Shown here in pieces: positions 1 to 13,470 of a DNA stretch of 64,000 nt; the first letter of the stretch is position 1; each line of letters opens with the position of its first letter. The notes below the pieces were generated by a model. That model had not been told where the DNA came from, did no database searches, and saw only the letters and a list, made by a program, of their open reading frames with translations. The stretch covers positions 55,074,415 through 55,138,414 of the forward strand of contig NC_068997.1 of assembly GCF_001194135.2 (NCBI RefSeq), in the 5' to 3' direction. A program made the position numbers and the translations under genes. This DNA comes from Octopus bimaculoides (lineage: Eukaryota).

Positions 1-489
1 ATTGTATGTTGCTCATACTGACCCTGGGCCTTTACTGAGTAGGATTTTATTAGTAACTCATCATAACAACAATACTGATTGCTACACCACAAACATTAAT
101 ACATTTAAAAAGCGTTAACACAAACAATTTCACATTATTTAAAAAGATATAAAAATAATTATTTGCCAATATAATTCTTCTAATTGTCTTTGTTGTAATT
201 GACTAATTATTTCTATGGTTGTCTTTTCTTTCTGTTCAAAATTCCAACTAATTCAGTTCCGTGGCAGTGTTACCAGATCTGTTATGTCTTGAAGCAGTTT
301 TAAATGAACAGAAGTTTCCTATCATAGAATATATCCATTCCTGTCCCTTTGTCTCATATTAGTCTCTTGACACTTGGCATGAAGACACCTCCCTCCCTAC
401 ACTAGACCTTACCACTCAGTCGAGATGTNNNNNNNNNNNNNNNNNNNNNNNNNNNNNNNNNNNNNNNNNGGGGGGGGGGGCTTGTGAGT

Positions 490-700
490 GACTCAGCAAC
501 TTCAGTAGTGTTGGTGCTGCAATAAATGGATCCATCAAATTCTGTAAATTGGTTGGCACTTGGGAAGGCATCCAGCTGTAGAAACCATGCCAAAGCAAGC
601 TTTAGAGCTTTACTCATTCTCTGGTGTGTCTGATCCTATCAAACAGTCCAAGCCATGCCAGCATGGATGGTGGCTAGCAAATGATGATGATGCTGATGGT
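490..700 (+). mobile_element. Degenerate SINE with RTE-type 3' tail (family C-like)
   Basis: ggcatccagctgtagaaaccatgcc motif, ccatgccagcatgg near-palindrome (653-666) and (GAT)n tail, shared with other copies in the window. Confidence 0.7.
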
Positions 701-2540
701 TTCTATATCTCTAAATTGAAGTCTGCAACTTGACTGTTGGATTGCAGTGAGCAATGAGTGGAATTCTCTTTGTAAATGACTTGTTCCTAACTTCAAAGTA
801 CTTATTTGTCAGGAATCAATCAGAAAAGGACAGCAAAATCATTAAAACAGTCACATTTTTCCAAAATGTCCAGCTGGGTAAATAAATAAATATTGGTTGT
901 TCTTATTTCAGCTGTGAATTTGAAGAATTTCTGAATTTAAGTTACTTTTACAATTTACTAAAGACCACCAATTCCAAAATAATAATAACAATTACTACCA
1001 TGACTACTACTACAACCGTTATTATTGTTACCATTATTATTGTTGTTGTTGTTACTGTTCAACTGTATCGACAGACTGCCTTCAATTGAAGAAATTGAAA
1101 GAGTGATGTTGGGATAAATGAGAAGTTATTAATCATGTACAGAGCCAATAAGAGCCATTCTATAGCAATGGATATTTGATGGATTTTGAAAGGTATTGTC
1201 AATATTTCATTGCAAACATCATGTTCACAATAGCTTAGGGGGAAACCATTTAATATCTATTTATTATAAAGTGAATAGCAATTTCTATTCGATATATTTA
1301 CTTTACAATTTAGAATATATTTTTTGTTTATTGCTTTTTTACAGTAGCTAACAGGAATTTTTCTGAAGAAAAATATAACAAATAAACAAAATAAAAGAAT
1401 CATACCATCAAGAAATGGAACTACAATAAAATTTCTGTAATTTAGATTCCATTAAGAAAATAAAATCGCAAAAGAAGTTAATTCTTTTCACAAGGAAAAA
1501 TAAACCTTTCGTATTTTATCAATTACTCATTTCTAATAGTTTCTAGTAGACACCTAAACATATATTTTATATTAAACAGATTCTTAAACTTGATTGCTTT
1601 CTTAATGCTTCTATTTATTTATTTTATGAATTTATTATTATCATTATTATTATTATTATTGTTGTTGTTGTTCTTGTTGTTACTATTATTATTTTGTTCT
1701 GTGTTTTGTTTTGTTTTTCTAGACTGGTGCTCTTAATATTTTATTTCCCAAAACGGAAATTATAGCAAGCACAGTGGCTAAGAAGTTAAGGTATTGAATT
1801 AAAAGCTCCAAAGTTGTTCAGATCTTGTGCCTGGTGTAGTATTGCCTTCACTAAACCTACCTGAAAATGGAGATCAGTCTACGAAAACAAGTGAGATGCT
1901 ATTAAGGAGTGCATCGACTTGTAAAGAATATTATTTTTCAGTTCATGTGAAATAATATTATCAAATCTATTTAATATATGCCACCATTGTTCTCGACTGT
2001 CAGTCAATAAAAGAAGAGAGAGAGACAGTATAAGTTTCCTTCACAGGTCTCCTAGGCAACACATGGATTTGATGTGGTTTAAGCTCAGCTTGCACACCTG
2101 TCAACCACCATCTGCAAAAGCACCATCGGAGTGAAGGGAGTTTCAGAGGGAGCCTGTTCTGGAAAGAATTGGACAAGGTTTTATAATGCAGGGCCCGAGA
2201 AATAAGAATGGGCTGTGCAGAGAGAAGATAATTGATTGGTTTGTTGGGCCTCCACTCAAGCTCCATCTGTCCAACTAGAGAGAACAACATGGCAAAAATT
2301 CAATAACAGAAAGAATAACAACCTCCTCTCCTCCTCCCCTCTCTCCCCACCACTCTTCTCCCCCCCCCACTTCACCCCTCTCTCCATGTCTTATTTATTA
2401 CTAGAAACATTTTCTTATATGATAATGAGATCATCTTATTTAACTCTTAATGATCACTATAAACACAAATGTGCTTGTGTGTGTGTTTATGTATGTGTGT
2501 ATGTGTAACTGCATGCATGTGTGTATATAATGATAATAAT

Positions 2541-2587
<47 letters not shown>

Positions 2588-3305
2588 CCATCATCATCAT
2601 CATTATTAATTCTTTCAAATTTTGGCACAAGGCTAACAATTTTAAGGGAGTGGTTAAGTCAATCACACTGGCATCACTGATTGGCTGGTACTCATTTTCT
2701 CAACCCTGAATGGATGAAGGGCAAAGTTGGCCTTAATGCAATTTCCTGTATATCAATGCATCAGAAGTGACAAACACATCTAGGCAAATGGCTGGCTTTG
2801 AGAACATGCCATTGAGAAGAACCAGAAAAGCCAGAAATGCATCTGGCATTCCTGTTAACTGCTGCTAGAATGATTTTCCTCACTCTCTGATACATACATA
2901 CGTTTGAAATAAAGCAAATCCATAAAAAATGTTATCTCTGGATAAAAACCACAGTTAATTGCCTTTTAAAGATGCATTTACATTGGGCATGATGTGTAGA
3001 TGCCTGTTTTAGTCTGATACTTTCTATTGCATAGAGCAAATGCATATATGTTCATATATGTATATATTAATCCATCTTCCATTCACTCTCTCTCTCTCTA
3101 TGAGTATATATATAGATAGATAGATAGATATATATATACACGTGTACACACGCATACATATATATACTTATATATATATATACATGTGTGTGTAGATATA
3201 TATGTATATATATATATATACATGCATACACACACATATACATACACACAGGCATATAAATAATTATATACAAATATATTTTTTTGTGTGTATGCATATA
3301 TATTT

Positions 3306-3366
<61 letters not shown>

Positions 3367-4439
3367 GCAATCATATATTCATATGTATTTGTACATATGT
3401 TTTCTCTCTCTCTTTCTGTATATATATGTATGTATATATGTATGTATAATTTCGATATACAAAACATTGATTCCTCTACACACGCTGATATTCAATATAC
3501 AGATGTGCTTGTTCAATTCGTCCAACAAATATATTTCTCCTGAAATTGCTTTCCACTTGTGATCCATATGCAGGGGAAACTTATTAGGTCCTTGTTGTTG
3601 TTTCCTGTAATTCACTGCACTATGAACTTGCATTCTGAGAGAGATGCACTAAGTTTGTGCATTGGAATAGTTCTCTTACCATATTCCTCACTCTCTCTCT
3701 CCCTTTCTCTCTTTTTTTTTTGTAATAATATTTGGTGATATCCAGGTAAAAAACAAAACATATGATAATATAATATATGACTGTCATGTAAGGTTTATAA
3801 GCAATAAAAATACTAAGTCAAATAAATGCTGAACTTAGCAAACAAGGTAACGATAAAGAAATAAGAAATAAGGAAATCAAATGTAAATAAAATGAAATGA
3901 AATAAGATAAATAAAACAAGCACAACCTACTTGTTAGAAAATAAAAGAAATATTATAAAATATATTTGGAAAGAAAACTGTTGGAAAATCAAAAGAAATA
4001 TACTGTCCAATATAATTTAGCAGCAGGAGTTCCTGAGATATCTGGAACAAACCTGATTTGGTGTGTCAATGTGTGTGTGTGTGTGTGTGTGTTAGTCTGT
4101 GCATTTACAAGATTAAATTTTTGGAAGAAGACGACACAGCAAGTGGTGTGAAAATAAATATTCCAGTTCGCTGCTTTCAATGTAAGAATTCCAATGTTGT
4201 ATTGTGAGAATCTCAGAGTTGGTGCCAATACCAGTTATATACTGTGGGCTGATCGATGAGTAGGATTAACAAGGAGGCAGTCATCAGGAAAAGGTTTGAT
4301 AAAAGCTGGCTGATTCCAGACAATTTCTTATATCTGTCTTTAAATATTGTTTTATCAAAACATTGGTAATCATATTAGCATTATTAAACCGTTTGTCTGT
4401 TGGATGTCAAAATAGATAAATAAATCATAATGATAATAC

Positions 4440-4620
4440 TCCTTACAACTATAGGCACAAAGCCTGGAATTCGTGGAGATGGGGTTGGGTCAACTGGTGC
4501 ATATTTTATCAACCCTGAAAAGGTGAAAAGCGAAGTTGACCTCAAAAGAATTTGAACTCAGAACATAAAAATGGATGAAATGCTGCTAAGCATTTCGTCT
4601 GATGCAGTAATGATTGTGCT
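4440..4620 (-). mobile_element. tRNA-head SINE family B, degenerate
   Basis: Matches the 59162-59346 copy (ggcacaaagcctg..gttgacctc..gaatttgaactcagaac..ctaagcatttcg). Confidence 0.75.
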
Positions 4621-4624
4621 GTCT

Positions 4625-4760
4625 TGAGAAAGGCATCCAGCCATAGAAACCATGCCAAATTAGACTGGGATCTAGTGCACCGCCTTGGCTTACCATTTCC
4701 AGTCAAACTGTCTAACCCATGCCAGCATGGAAAGCAGACATTAAATGAATAATAATAATA
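4625..4760 (+). mobile_element. SINE 3' half with RTE-type tail
   Basis: ggcatccagccatagaaaccatgcc..aacccatgccagcatggaaagcagacattaaatg followed by (AAT)n. Confidence 0.75.
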
Positions 4761-4774
4761 ATAATCTTTTCTTC

Positions 4775-5055
4775 CACAAGCACAAAGCCTGAAATTTAGT
4801 GGGAGGGGACTACTTGATTACATTGACCCCAGTGTGCAGCTGGTACTTATTTTTATTGACCCCAAAAGGATGAAAGGCAAAATCAACCATGTTGATATTT
4901 GAACTCGGTTTCCCTTTCCCAAATCTATTCAGAAGGCTTTGGACAGCCTGGGGCTACAGTAGAAGACATTTGCCCAAGGTGCTATGATGTAGGGCCAAAC
5001 CTGAAGCCAAGTGGTTGGGAAACAAACTTCTTAACTACACAGCTGCACTTGCACC
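4775..5055 (-). mobile_element. Adjacent partial SINE B (about 4775-4905) and SINE A 5' half (about 4905-5055)
   Basis: Reverse-complement similarity to the other family A and B copies in the window. Confidence 0.7.
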
Positions 5056-5113
5056 TGTTCCCAAAATGATGGGAACAATGGTGGTGGCAGTGGTGTTGGT
5101 GGTGTTGGTGGCG

Positions 5114-5148
<35 letters not shown>

Positions 5149-5338
5149 TGTAAATTTGTTTTATTTATGAAAAAAATGCCAGTCTGCAGTATTGACAGTG
5201 CAGTGATGTTTTAGTATGTCTCTCGGTCTTGCAGCTTTCTGTCTTTCCTTTTGCAGAGTTGTGTTAATGGGAAATTTAGAATACAAAATTACTTAGATAT
5301 GTATAGAGAAAAATTGTGTTTCATTTCCTTTTCTATAT

Positions 5339-5380
<42 letters not shown>

Positions 5381-6084
5381 ATGACTGTACTTCTTTTGTG
5401 CTTCATCTCTGAACATGCTAGTTTGTTTCTGTAAATATAGAGTTACTGCATTAGAAGAAAAGCAGAATGAAACTGGATGCTCAGATATCATAAAGCTTGC
5501 TATTCAACAAATAGGAATGGTATACAGATATAAAAGAGGTGGGGGTCTACGTCTGCATGTCTGAGAGAGAGGGGAGAGAGAGAGAGATACAGAGAGAGCA
5601 ATTTTGCTGCTACACATGCAAGTAGTAGTAGTAGTGGTAAACAAAAACAAGAAAGAAATGATGAAACAGATATTTGAGAGTGACAGCTTTGATGCAGAAA
5701 TTGTTAACAATATATTAAATAGATGCTGCAATTACATAAGATAACTCGTTATGATGATAACATAGATGATAGCAATTAAGTTAATAACTCTTTAGTACGT
5801 TTCCTCTTTCAAGAACCATGTCTAATGTACTCTAAAAGCTGACAAATTTCCTAATCTTTGATGTGAATTCTTCTATAAGAATGTATACGGAGCCATTTTA
5901 TAGAAGAATTGTATAAATTCTGACATCATAAAGGATTTGCACACCCAATGTCGGTTTCAGTGAATGAAATAAAGAATTTTTGGAAATCGAATTTCTCTTT
6001 TCCATCCTAGCTGAAGAGGAATATAATTCCAGTTGTTAATCACATTAATTATGAATCAATTAACACATTTGATCTTCTTCTTGT

Positions 6085-6245
6085 TCAAGTTTAGCTACAG
6101 ATCAAAATTGACAGGGTAGATCTACAGGCTCGAAGGTGTTCCAACTATAGACGTGACATTTTTTGTAAGACTTTAAGGTATGATTTAAAGAAAATGTGAC
6201 TGTTATTTCTAGCTGGCTAACTGGCTATGTAGAGGCTTCCTCATT
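6085..6245 (+). mobile_element. Old interspersed repeat (family E); related pieces near 9850-10045, 25725-25925 (opposite strand), 57870-57945 and 62480-62560
   Basis: Recurrent gctgctatttctagcagg..tagaggct..cctcattgg motif. Confidence 0.5.
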
Positions 6246-7048
6246 AGTTCACTGTTTGTGGGTGAGAGGGAAATATTTCCACACTAGGACTCGTTGACAG
6301 GTAACTTCTTATTTATATTAAAATTTGTTTCTAAGTTACAGAAAAATTACTAATAGATTTAAACATTACACTTAGAAAAAGTGCTTTTATTACTACAACT
6401 GTGGAAACACTCGGTTTTTGTTATTAGTCCTTGTTCTGTTCCTCCAGTCATCACTCTTGTGGCTAATAAAAGAGATCTTCATTATTATCATTATCAAACC
6501 TAATTAAACTAATCAGCCAACATATTTTAAAGTCATTAGAATCGATTCCAATAATATAAATCTAAAATTTAATTTTTTCTAGCCATGAATCTTTTAAATG
6601 ATTTATATTTAAATATTAATTCATTGTAATTCATCAGTGATAGGTTTCATTTTCCTCATTAGAATTAGTGAAGCATAATTGGGAGCAACAATTATTGCTA
6701 ATTATTCATTATACAATGAAAGATGAGTGATGAAACAAAGTTCTATTTTTAATATTGTGGTTTATTTGCAGATTCTGTGTCAAATATGTTTCCGTCCTTT
6801 TAGTTGCACCGTAATTCTATCACAGGTAAAATATTTGGTGAGAATTGAGAATGGAAAAAGAACTTTCAGTTTTATTCCTGTCAGTAGTTTTGGTGATTCA
6901 CTTTGTTATGTACTTCAAGAGAGCCATCTCCAATAATATTCCTGGAGATCATTTACGAAGCCTTGCATCATAGACGAAGCCAATTTATGGATAGGATGGC
7001 AATGTGATTGGGTATATGCATCACTCTCTTTTTCTCTCTCTCTTTCTG

Positions 7049-7125
<77 letters not shown>

Positions 7126-7429
7126 ATCTATGTTGGAGTGTATTTGCATATGTGTGCATGTGAGTGCATGTGTGCATATGTATGAATGTGTGTGTGTGAG
7201 CAAATGCATGCATGTATATATGCATGTATGTGTGTGTGCTGGTGACTCATGAGATGTAGCTGAGGAACAATAATAGGAAATCCATGACTTCCCCCTCATC
7301 ATCATCATCATCAACAACAACAAGTGGCATAACTCACTATTAGTCACCTTAGTAGTTTCAATATGGCCAGTGACATTATTTTCCTTTATTGGATTGATCA
7401 GGTGGAAGGGGTCATGCCCATAGCCTTCC

Positions 7430-7990
7430 ATGTCCCTTTAAGACTGGTGAGACTGATATGGTTAATGTTCCTCTGGAACAGTTGTAAGTCAACAATTACA
7501 AGAAAGACATGTACTGGCGTTGGGTTGGGGGAGGGCTTTCCGATGGTCAATATTGTGGAGAGACAGGAACAAAATGGAAGAGAAGAAATTAAGGAGTTGG
7601 GATTAACTGAGTAGAGATGGTCATAAGCCCACCAGTTTCTAGCAGCAGAGATTAAAAAGACAGGAGGAAGAGACTTAAAACTATTTTCCAGATACTGAAG
7701 TGTATTGGTGGTAAGCATTTTCAGAGTCCAAGACAAATGGTGGCATTTCTCTGGATGTCATTAACCAATGTTTGTTTATAGCAGCAGCACCATTCCAGAC
7801 ACGGGAGCAGGACTTTATTATGAGTCCCCTCTCGGTTTTGTGGGAGAGTCAGTAGCTATGAAGGGAGGGTAAGTCTTTGCTATGTTGTGTAGGATTATTT
7901 TCCAGAATGATTCACCAGAATCGCTTAAGCCTCGTCTTTGCAGTGACCTTAAAGGCTTTAATTGAAGGTTGTTCATGTTTAGGGGAAGGA
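7430..7990 (-). mobile_element. Decayed LINE ORF2 C-terminus (CR1/Jockey-like group)
   Basis: Frameshifted translation gives SFWKIILHNIAK, SCSRVWNGAAA, DIQRNA and RKALP..VFLVIVDLQLFQRNINHISL, in the order of the YCSxVWxGA / DxIQRRA / WNxLP..VFP..DLxxFKxxVN motifs; many stops. Confidence 0.7.
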
Positions 7991-9247
7991 GATAATGTTT
8001 TCTCATAATGTGCAGTGTTTGTAGCTTTGTGTTATTAAAGCAGACAAAACTGACATAATCCTATTGTAAAGAGATTTCCTACAGACATATTCCATATCTG
8101 CACAACTACACAACACAGACCATAAAAGAAAAGTTGATATGACAATTCTAATAATTGGGAAATAAAAAAAAAAGATGTGAGAGAAACTCTTTATGTGCTG
8201 AAGATGGCCATAAACTTTGTTGAAGTTTGCAGTGTTTCGTAAGCATAAAAAAAAAAATTGGTAAGAATTTGGAAAGAGATAAAACAGTATCAGGAAATTA
8301 CTCAATACTAAGAATATTGAAGAGGAAAATAAGATATAAAAGTATGACAGAGTGTTTCAACTAAAACTTTTGTCCATATTTAACCCTTCTAAAGTGGATA
8401 TAAGCAATATGTGACTCAAAACTTCTCTGTGAAATGTGGTTTTATAAACCAATCTATCTTTTTGTTGAAGTATGTCATGTCTATTATGAGGCAACATGAC
8501 TCACAGAAAATATCAATTCTAGTTTTTGGTGGATAATTAACATCATCATAGGAATGACCATGAAATTTAATTACACACAATTAAAAGATTAAAGAAAAGA
8601 TATTAAGGTTATGATATCTTAATAAAAGTACTCTTTGATTGTAATTAAAACAATTTTTTTTTTTTGTAAATTTTATTGGGTATTTATATTGATAAATCCA
8701 TTACCAGATTTCTGATGAAATACACTCATTAATTTGGAGGCATTTAGTACACTAATGAACTTCTCGGTCATTAAGCTAGTGTTTCAAACAAAAAGTACTT
8801 TCATAAACAGAAAATGAAAGATTTGAATATAAATACAATACATTTTAATGGGTGTTTTTTTTTTTTGTCTCATCAAAGCATATGGCTGGTTTTCTGGTGG
8901 GTTAGTATGAAAACAATTAATTGGTCTTGCTTTTCTAATTAGTCATTATGGACATATATTTACAAAAGTTAATTATTATTTTTGTTGGTTTGTTTTATTT
9001 TCAAGTCAGTGACAAAACTAATTGTAAACATTTGTATTTGTAAATGATTAATTAAAGGAATAGTTTGGAACTATACACATTTCAAGGAGTGAAACATCTA
9101 ATGATGATTGGGAAGTGAAATTCAATAAAAAGGCAGAAGTCATCATCATCATTATTTAACATTTGCTTTCCATAGATAGAAATATTGTAAGCTTACACTT
9201 TGTTTGCTAAAATAAAGCTAGGTACATTTTTATTTAACACTTTCAAG

Positions 9248-9370
9248 CACACTCAAGTGGGGAAAGACATTTCCTGCAGGAACTGTCTCAGAAGAGGAAT
9301 TCCCTTCACAGACAATGCTTGTGAAAACTAAACTAAGTATTGAATGGCATCATTGGAATGCTGGATGCAG
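9248..9370 (+). CDS. Candidate internal exon, product unknown (STLKWGKTFPAGTVSEEEFPSQTMLVKTKLSIEWHHWNAGCR)
   Basis: tttatttaacactttcaag acceptor, weak cag|gtttct donor, 123 nt open in phase 2-2; no recognised homology. Confidence 0.2.
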
Positions 9371-9645
9371 GTTTCTGTGTTGTTATTCCTCATCATCAAC
9401 AGACACAGAATCTATCATTCACAACTCACTGAGAAATGCCATTCTCATATGTAAACAGAAAATAATAAATTTGCTGGCAAGTGCAAAGCTTTGAATTTCT
9501 CTGTTGACATACACAGATATTGTTAAAGAATTCAAATTTTTCCAAGCATTAATATATTTTTAGACAATTGTGTTATGTTCTTCTAGAAGTTTATTTTTTC
9601 TTTTCTTGAATAAAATGAAGTTTATTTCATTAAAATGTTCAGAAA

Positions 9646-9840
9646 CAGGGCCTGAAATTTTTGCGGAGGGGGTCAGTTGATTAGATCAACCCACGTATGC
9701 AACTGGTACTTAATTTATCGACCTCAAGAGGATGAAAGACAAAGTTGACCTCGGCAGAATTTGAACTCAGGACATAAAGACAGACGAAATACCACTAAGC
9801 ATTTCACCCGGCATGCTAACATTTCTGCCAGCTCGCTACC
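9646..9840 (-). mobile_element. tRNA-head SINE family B
   Basis: Close match to 59162-59346; B-box-like GAGTTCAAATTC on the minus strand. Confidence 0.9.
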
Positions 9841-10839
9841 TAGCCTGGGGGTCAGTCCTGCTGGAGCTAATCTATGATCATATCATTCAAGCCATGATCA
9901 TTATATATTCTCTCAGACATTCTATGCTCCATTAAACTGTATATCCCTTTTTCTTAAGTTGTTACAGTGTGATATGAGAGAAATTTAGCTGCTATATCTA
10001 GCAGGTGTTCCAGCTGTGACGTAGAGGGTGCCTCATTGGTTCATATTTCAATGTCGTGTTTATTAAGTTAACGTACTCTTCGTGACATCCTTGAATAAAG
10101 CATAACATAAGAGGAGGCACACATTCTTTAGAGTTAGTAAAGCCCAACGATTGCATATGGGTATTTGTATGGGTAGTGGGGGATCATTATAAATCTTGTT
10201 CTGTTTACATAGACAGTGGTTATCATATACACGTCCGCATGCCAAATCTAGTTTACGTAGGCATGTTTGAGAATGAGCACACAGAAGGATGATTTAAGTT
10301 GCCTTCTGTCAAAGATAATGTAGAAGATACAGACAAACAGATTTATGAAATCCATTGAAATCCATTTTATGTGGAATACAGCAAGAGAAATTGTGGATAC
10401 AAGCATTCATTCAGTCACATAGCGAACTTTAGAATTGCCTTTACGTTATTATATTTAAAGAAAAATTAAAACATTCAAACACAATATAAATATTAATTTT
10501 GCACATTTCAAAAACATTTCCACTTTTGTTTTCTTTCTTAATCCCCCCCACCCCATCCCACTTCAACCTCTTTATTGAAATTTTGTACACACAACGATAG
10601 AATCTGCTCTCTCTCTCTCTCTCGTTATATACTCTGCTGCAGCTATTACAATTGGAAGTCCGTTACATTCTTCAGCATTATCTAAAGATTGACTTCAAGA
10701 ATTAAACAATAAAGCAATGATCATGAAAATCTATAAAGGATTTCCTCTTTCCTATCTCTCAGCAGTCAGTGAGAATTTTAGGTTTGCTATTTTCTTTAGA
10801 ATCCTTTCACCCAAGTCTATTAACCCATTATTGTATTCC

Positions 10840-11280
10840 TCTCAACTTTCCACACCCATTTTACTTTTATCCAAATCACTCTCTCAAACACTCTCCTATT
10901 ATCTCTCTCCATCTCTCTCTTCCTCCTCCTCTTTCTCTTTTCTTCTCCCTCCTACCTCCTCTATTCTTAAATTTTTTTCAACCTTCATACTTTCTATTGC
11001 TCTATTTTGTCTTTCCTTTTTTCTTCTTCTATCTCTCTCTCTCCTTACCCCCTCTCTCTCTCTCCTTATGCCATCTTCTCTCTCCTTACCCTCCTCTCTC
11101 TCTCTCTCTTTACCCCTCCTTATCCTCCTCTCTCTCTCTATTTACCCCCTCCTTACCCTCCTCTCTCTCTCTCTCTTTACCCCCTCCTTACCCTCTTCAC
11201 CCTCTTCTCTCTCTCTCTCGTCCATCTTTCACTCAATATTTTTCATTCTTTTATCACTTTTTTTTCCTTCCAGACTTTTT
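10840..11280. repeat. Polypyrimidine/(CT)n tract with embedded ttacccctccttaccctc minisatellite-like units
   Basis: Seen directly in the sequence. Confidence 0.9.
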
Positions 11281-11587
11281 TTTGCAAATATAAAACAAAA
11301 GAAGAAAGAAAAAAAAACACCCCAGAAAAATTCTCTTTGACTTCTATGGGAAATAAAAGTATAAAGAACATAGAGAACGAGTAGGGTTTGGTAGAAAAAG
11401 ATTCGGAAGCATATGAGATGCTGGAAACTTTAGATCATATCTTATGAATTCCTCGCTTCTCATTGAACAGGTTTCAACATTTCCTTTTGCAAAAAAAAAA
11501 AAAAAAGCTCTTCTGTCTTTGACAAAGAAAAAGCATAATACAAAGGGAGAAGGGGTGGGTGGATCAAATAAAATAGCAGCAGCAATA

Positions 11588-11632
<45 letters not shown>

Positions 11633-11929
11633 ACACTGTACAGTATGGATATAAAATATTGGTTTCAGTAGCTAACTATAAAGTCTTAACAAAAGTCCTA
11701 AGGCAGAAAGTACTTTCTGAAGAATTTGAACTTAGAAGGGAGAAAGGTTTTGGGATCAGTCGTACATTTGTCTTGATGTCCAACTATTTGCAGACCGATG
11801 CCATGTTGGCTTTTGAGGAATGAACCTAATGCTTTGATGACAACTGATATCACTTGCCCCTTTTGCTGTCAAACATCCCCCACATTCTTTTGAACTCTAC
11901 TTTTAAATCAGTTTGTTGTTGTTGTTCAA

Positions 11930-12035
11930 CTTCACCTTTCATTCTTTCAGGGTCGATAAATTAAGTACCAGTTATGCACTGGAGGTTGATACAATCAACT
12001 AGTCCCATCCCCCAAAATTCAGCCTATAGTAGAAA
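11930..12035 (+). mobile_element. SINE B 3' portion
   Basis: cctttcattctttcagggtcgataaattaagtaccagttatgcactgg. Confidence 0.8.
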
Positions 12036-12149
12036 GGCTTATTGTTATTATTATCATTATCTTCATCATCATCATCACCATCATCATCATTATTATGATT
12101 GTTGTTTTTGTTGTTGTTGTTTCTTGTCTACTTGTTGCTTTATATCCTC

Positions 12150-12420
12150 ACGTCCGAACTATAGACCAGAGGCATCTACAAAGAAGTTGTCTCTTGAATG
12201 ACTGCACTCTCCACACCATGCAAGCTGCTCCAAATTGTAGTCTTCTGGACTACATGAATATTGATCTTGCACTTTGTATGGTTGCTGAAATTTCCGTTTC
12301 TTTCTTCATTAGATTTAGTGCTCCAATAATCGATGGTATCATGTTGGTCTTCATATTCCACGTCATGTTGATTTCAATCCCCAGGACTTTGTATTTCGTG
12401 CCAGCTTGCAGAATCTTTAG
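12150..12420 (-). mobile_element. 3' stub of an RLE-type (R4/Dong-like) non-LTR retrotransposon
   Basis: KYKVLGIEINMTWNMKTNMIPSIIGALNLMKK then (frameshift) VQKTT, resembling KYxDLxIEIxxMWxxKTxxIPxIxGALG..IQK; (AAC)/(AAT) tail. Confidence 0.65.
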
Positions 12421-12477
12421 CCAGACGAAATGCAAAGAGGCATTTCACCTGGCTTTACATTCAGAGTTCATATTCCA

Positions 12478-12590
12478 TTGAGGTCGGCTTTGCTTTTCAT
12501 CCTTTCAGAGTTGATAAAATCAGTACTAGTGGAGCACGAGGGTCGATGTGAACAGCTAGACCCCTTCCCCTAAAATTTCAGGCCTTGTGC
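12478..12590 (+). mobile_element. SINE B 3' portion
   Basis: gaggtcggctttgcttttcatcctttcagagttgataaaatcagtac. Confidence 0.8.
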
Positions 12591-12878
12591 CTTAGGACTT
12601 TTGTTAAGACTTTATAGTATTAGGTACCACATTCTATCCTTAAGCAAGCTACTTCATTTCTCATTGCTACAGTCTACACAACTGATAAAAACAAAATAAC
12701 ACTGGCTGAGAGCTGTTTCACTGGCCAAGTGGTAGAAGGACCTGGAGTATATCCAGGCGTGCTTGGGAAGGCACAGCTAATTAAAACGATTTGTGACAGC
12801 ATGGTAAATGACATAAGGTCCTACTCATTTGCAAGTGATAGCTATGGCTGATGCATTTGTGCGTGTGTATGTGTGTAT

Positions 12879-12940
<62 letters not shown>

Positions 12941-13096
12941 CCATATGTATTGTCTGCCAAAGCAGACAATAGAGCATGGTACAGTCATCTGGGCTTGCCA
13001 GCATCTGTCAAACCATTTGACCCATGCCAGCATGGAAAACAAACATTAAATAATGATGATGATGATGATGATGATGATGATATAGGGAGAGAGAGA

Positions 13097-13470
13097 GGCA
13101 CACAGACATGGCCATATAGTAAGAAGCTTGTTTCCCAATCACATGGTTCTGGGTTCAGTCCCGATACATGGCACCTTGGGCAAGTGTCTTCTTCTGTAAC
13201 CTCAGGGTAACCAAAAGCTTTGTGAGTGGATTTGGTAGACATAAACTGAAAGAAGCCCATCATGTGTGTGTCTGTGTTTGTCCCCCACCATTGCTTGACA
13301 ACCGATGTTGGTGTGTTTATGTCCCTGTAACATACCGGTTTTGCAAAAGAAACTGATCGAATAAGTACTAGGCTTATAAAGAATAAGTGCGTGGGTCAAG
13401 TTGTTCGAGTAAAGGTAGTGCTCCAGCATGGCTGCAGTCAAGATACTGAGACAAGTGAAAGAATAAAGAG
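13097..13470 (+). mobile_element. tRNA-head SINE family A, near full length
   Basis: A/B-box-like head (tggccatatagtaag..gggttcagtcc), ccttgggcaagtgtcttc core, internal (TG)n, ctccagcatggctgcagtc..gaaacaagt-like tail. Confidence 0.9.

Noticed and set aside
11040-11200. TTACCC units considered as interstitial telomeric repeat
   Set aside because: The telomeric C-strand is CCCTAA; these units do not match and are not in tandem
13097-13170. tRNA-like A/B boxes at SINE heads (also 31945, 45275, 55127, 58384, 60812)
   Set aside because: No complete cloverleaf, and they continue into SINE bodies, so they are not tRNA genes
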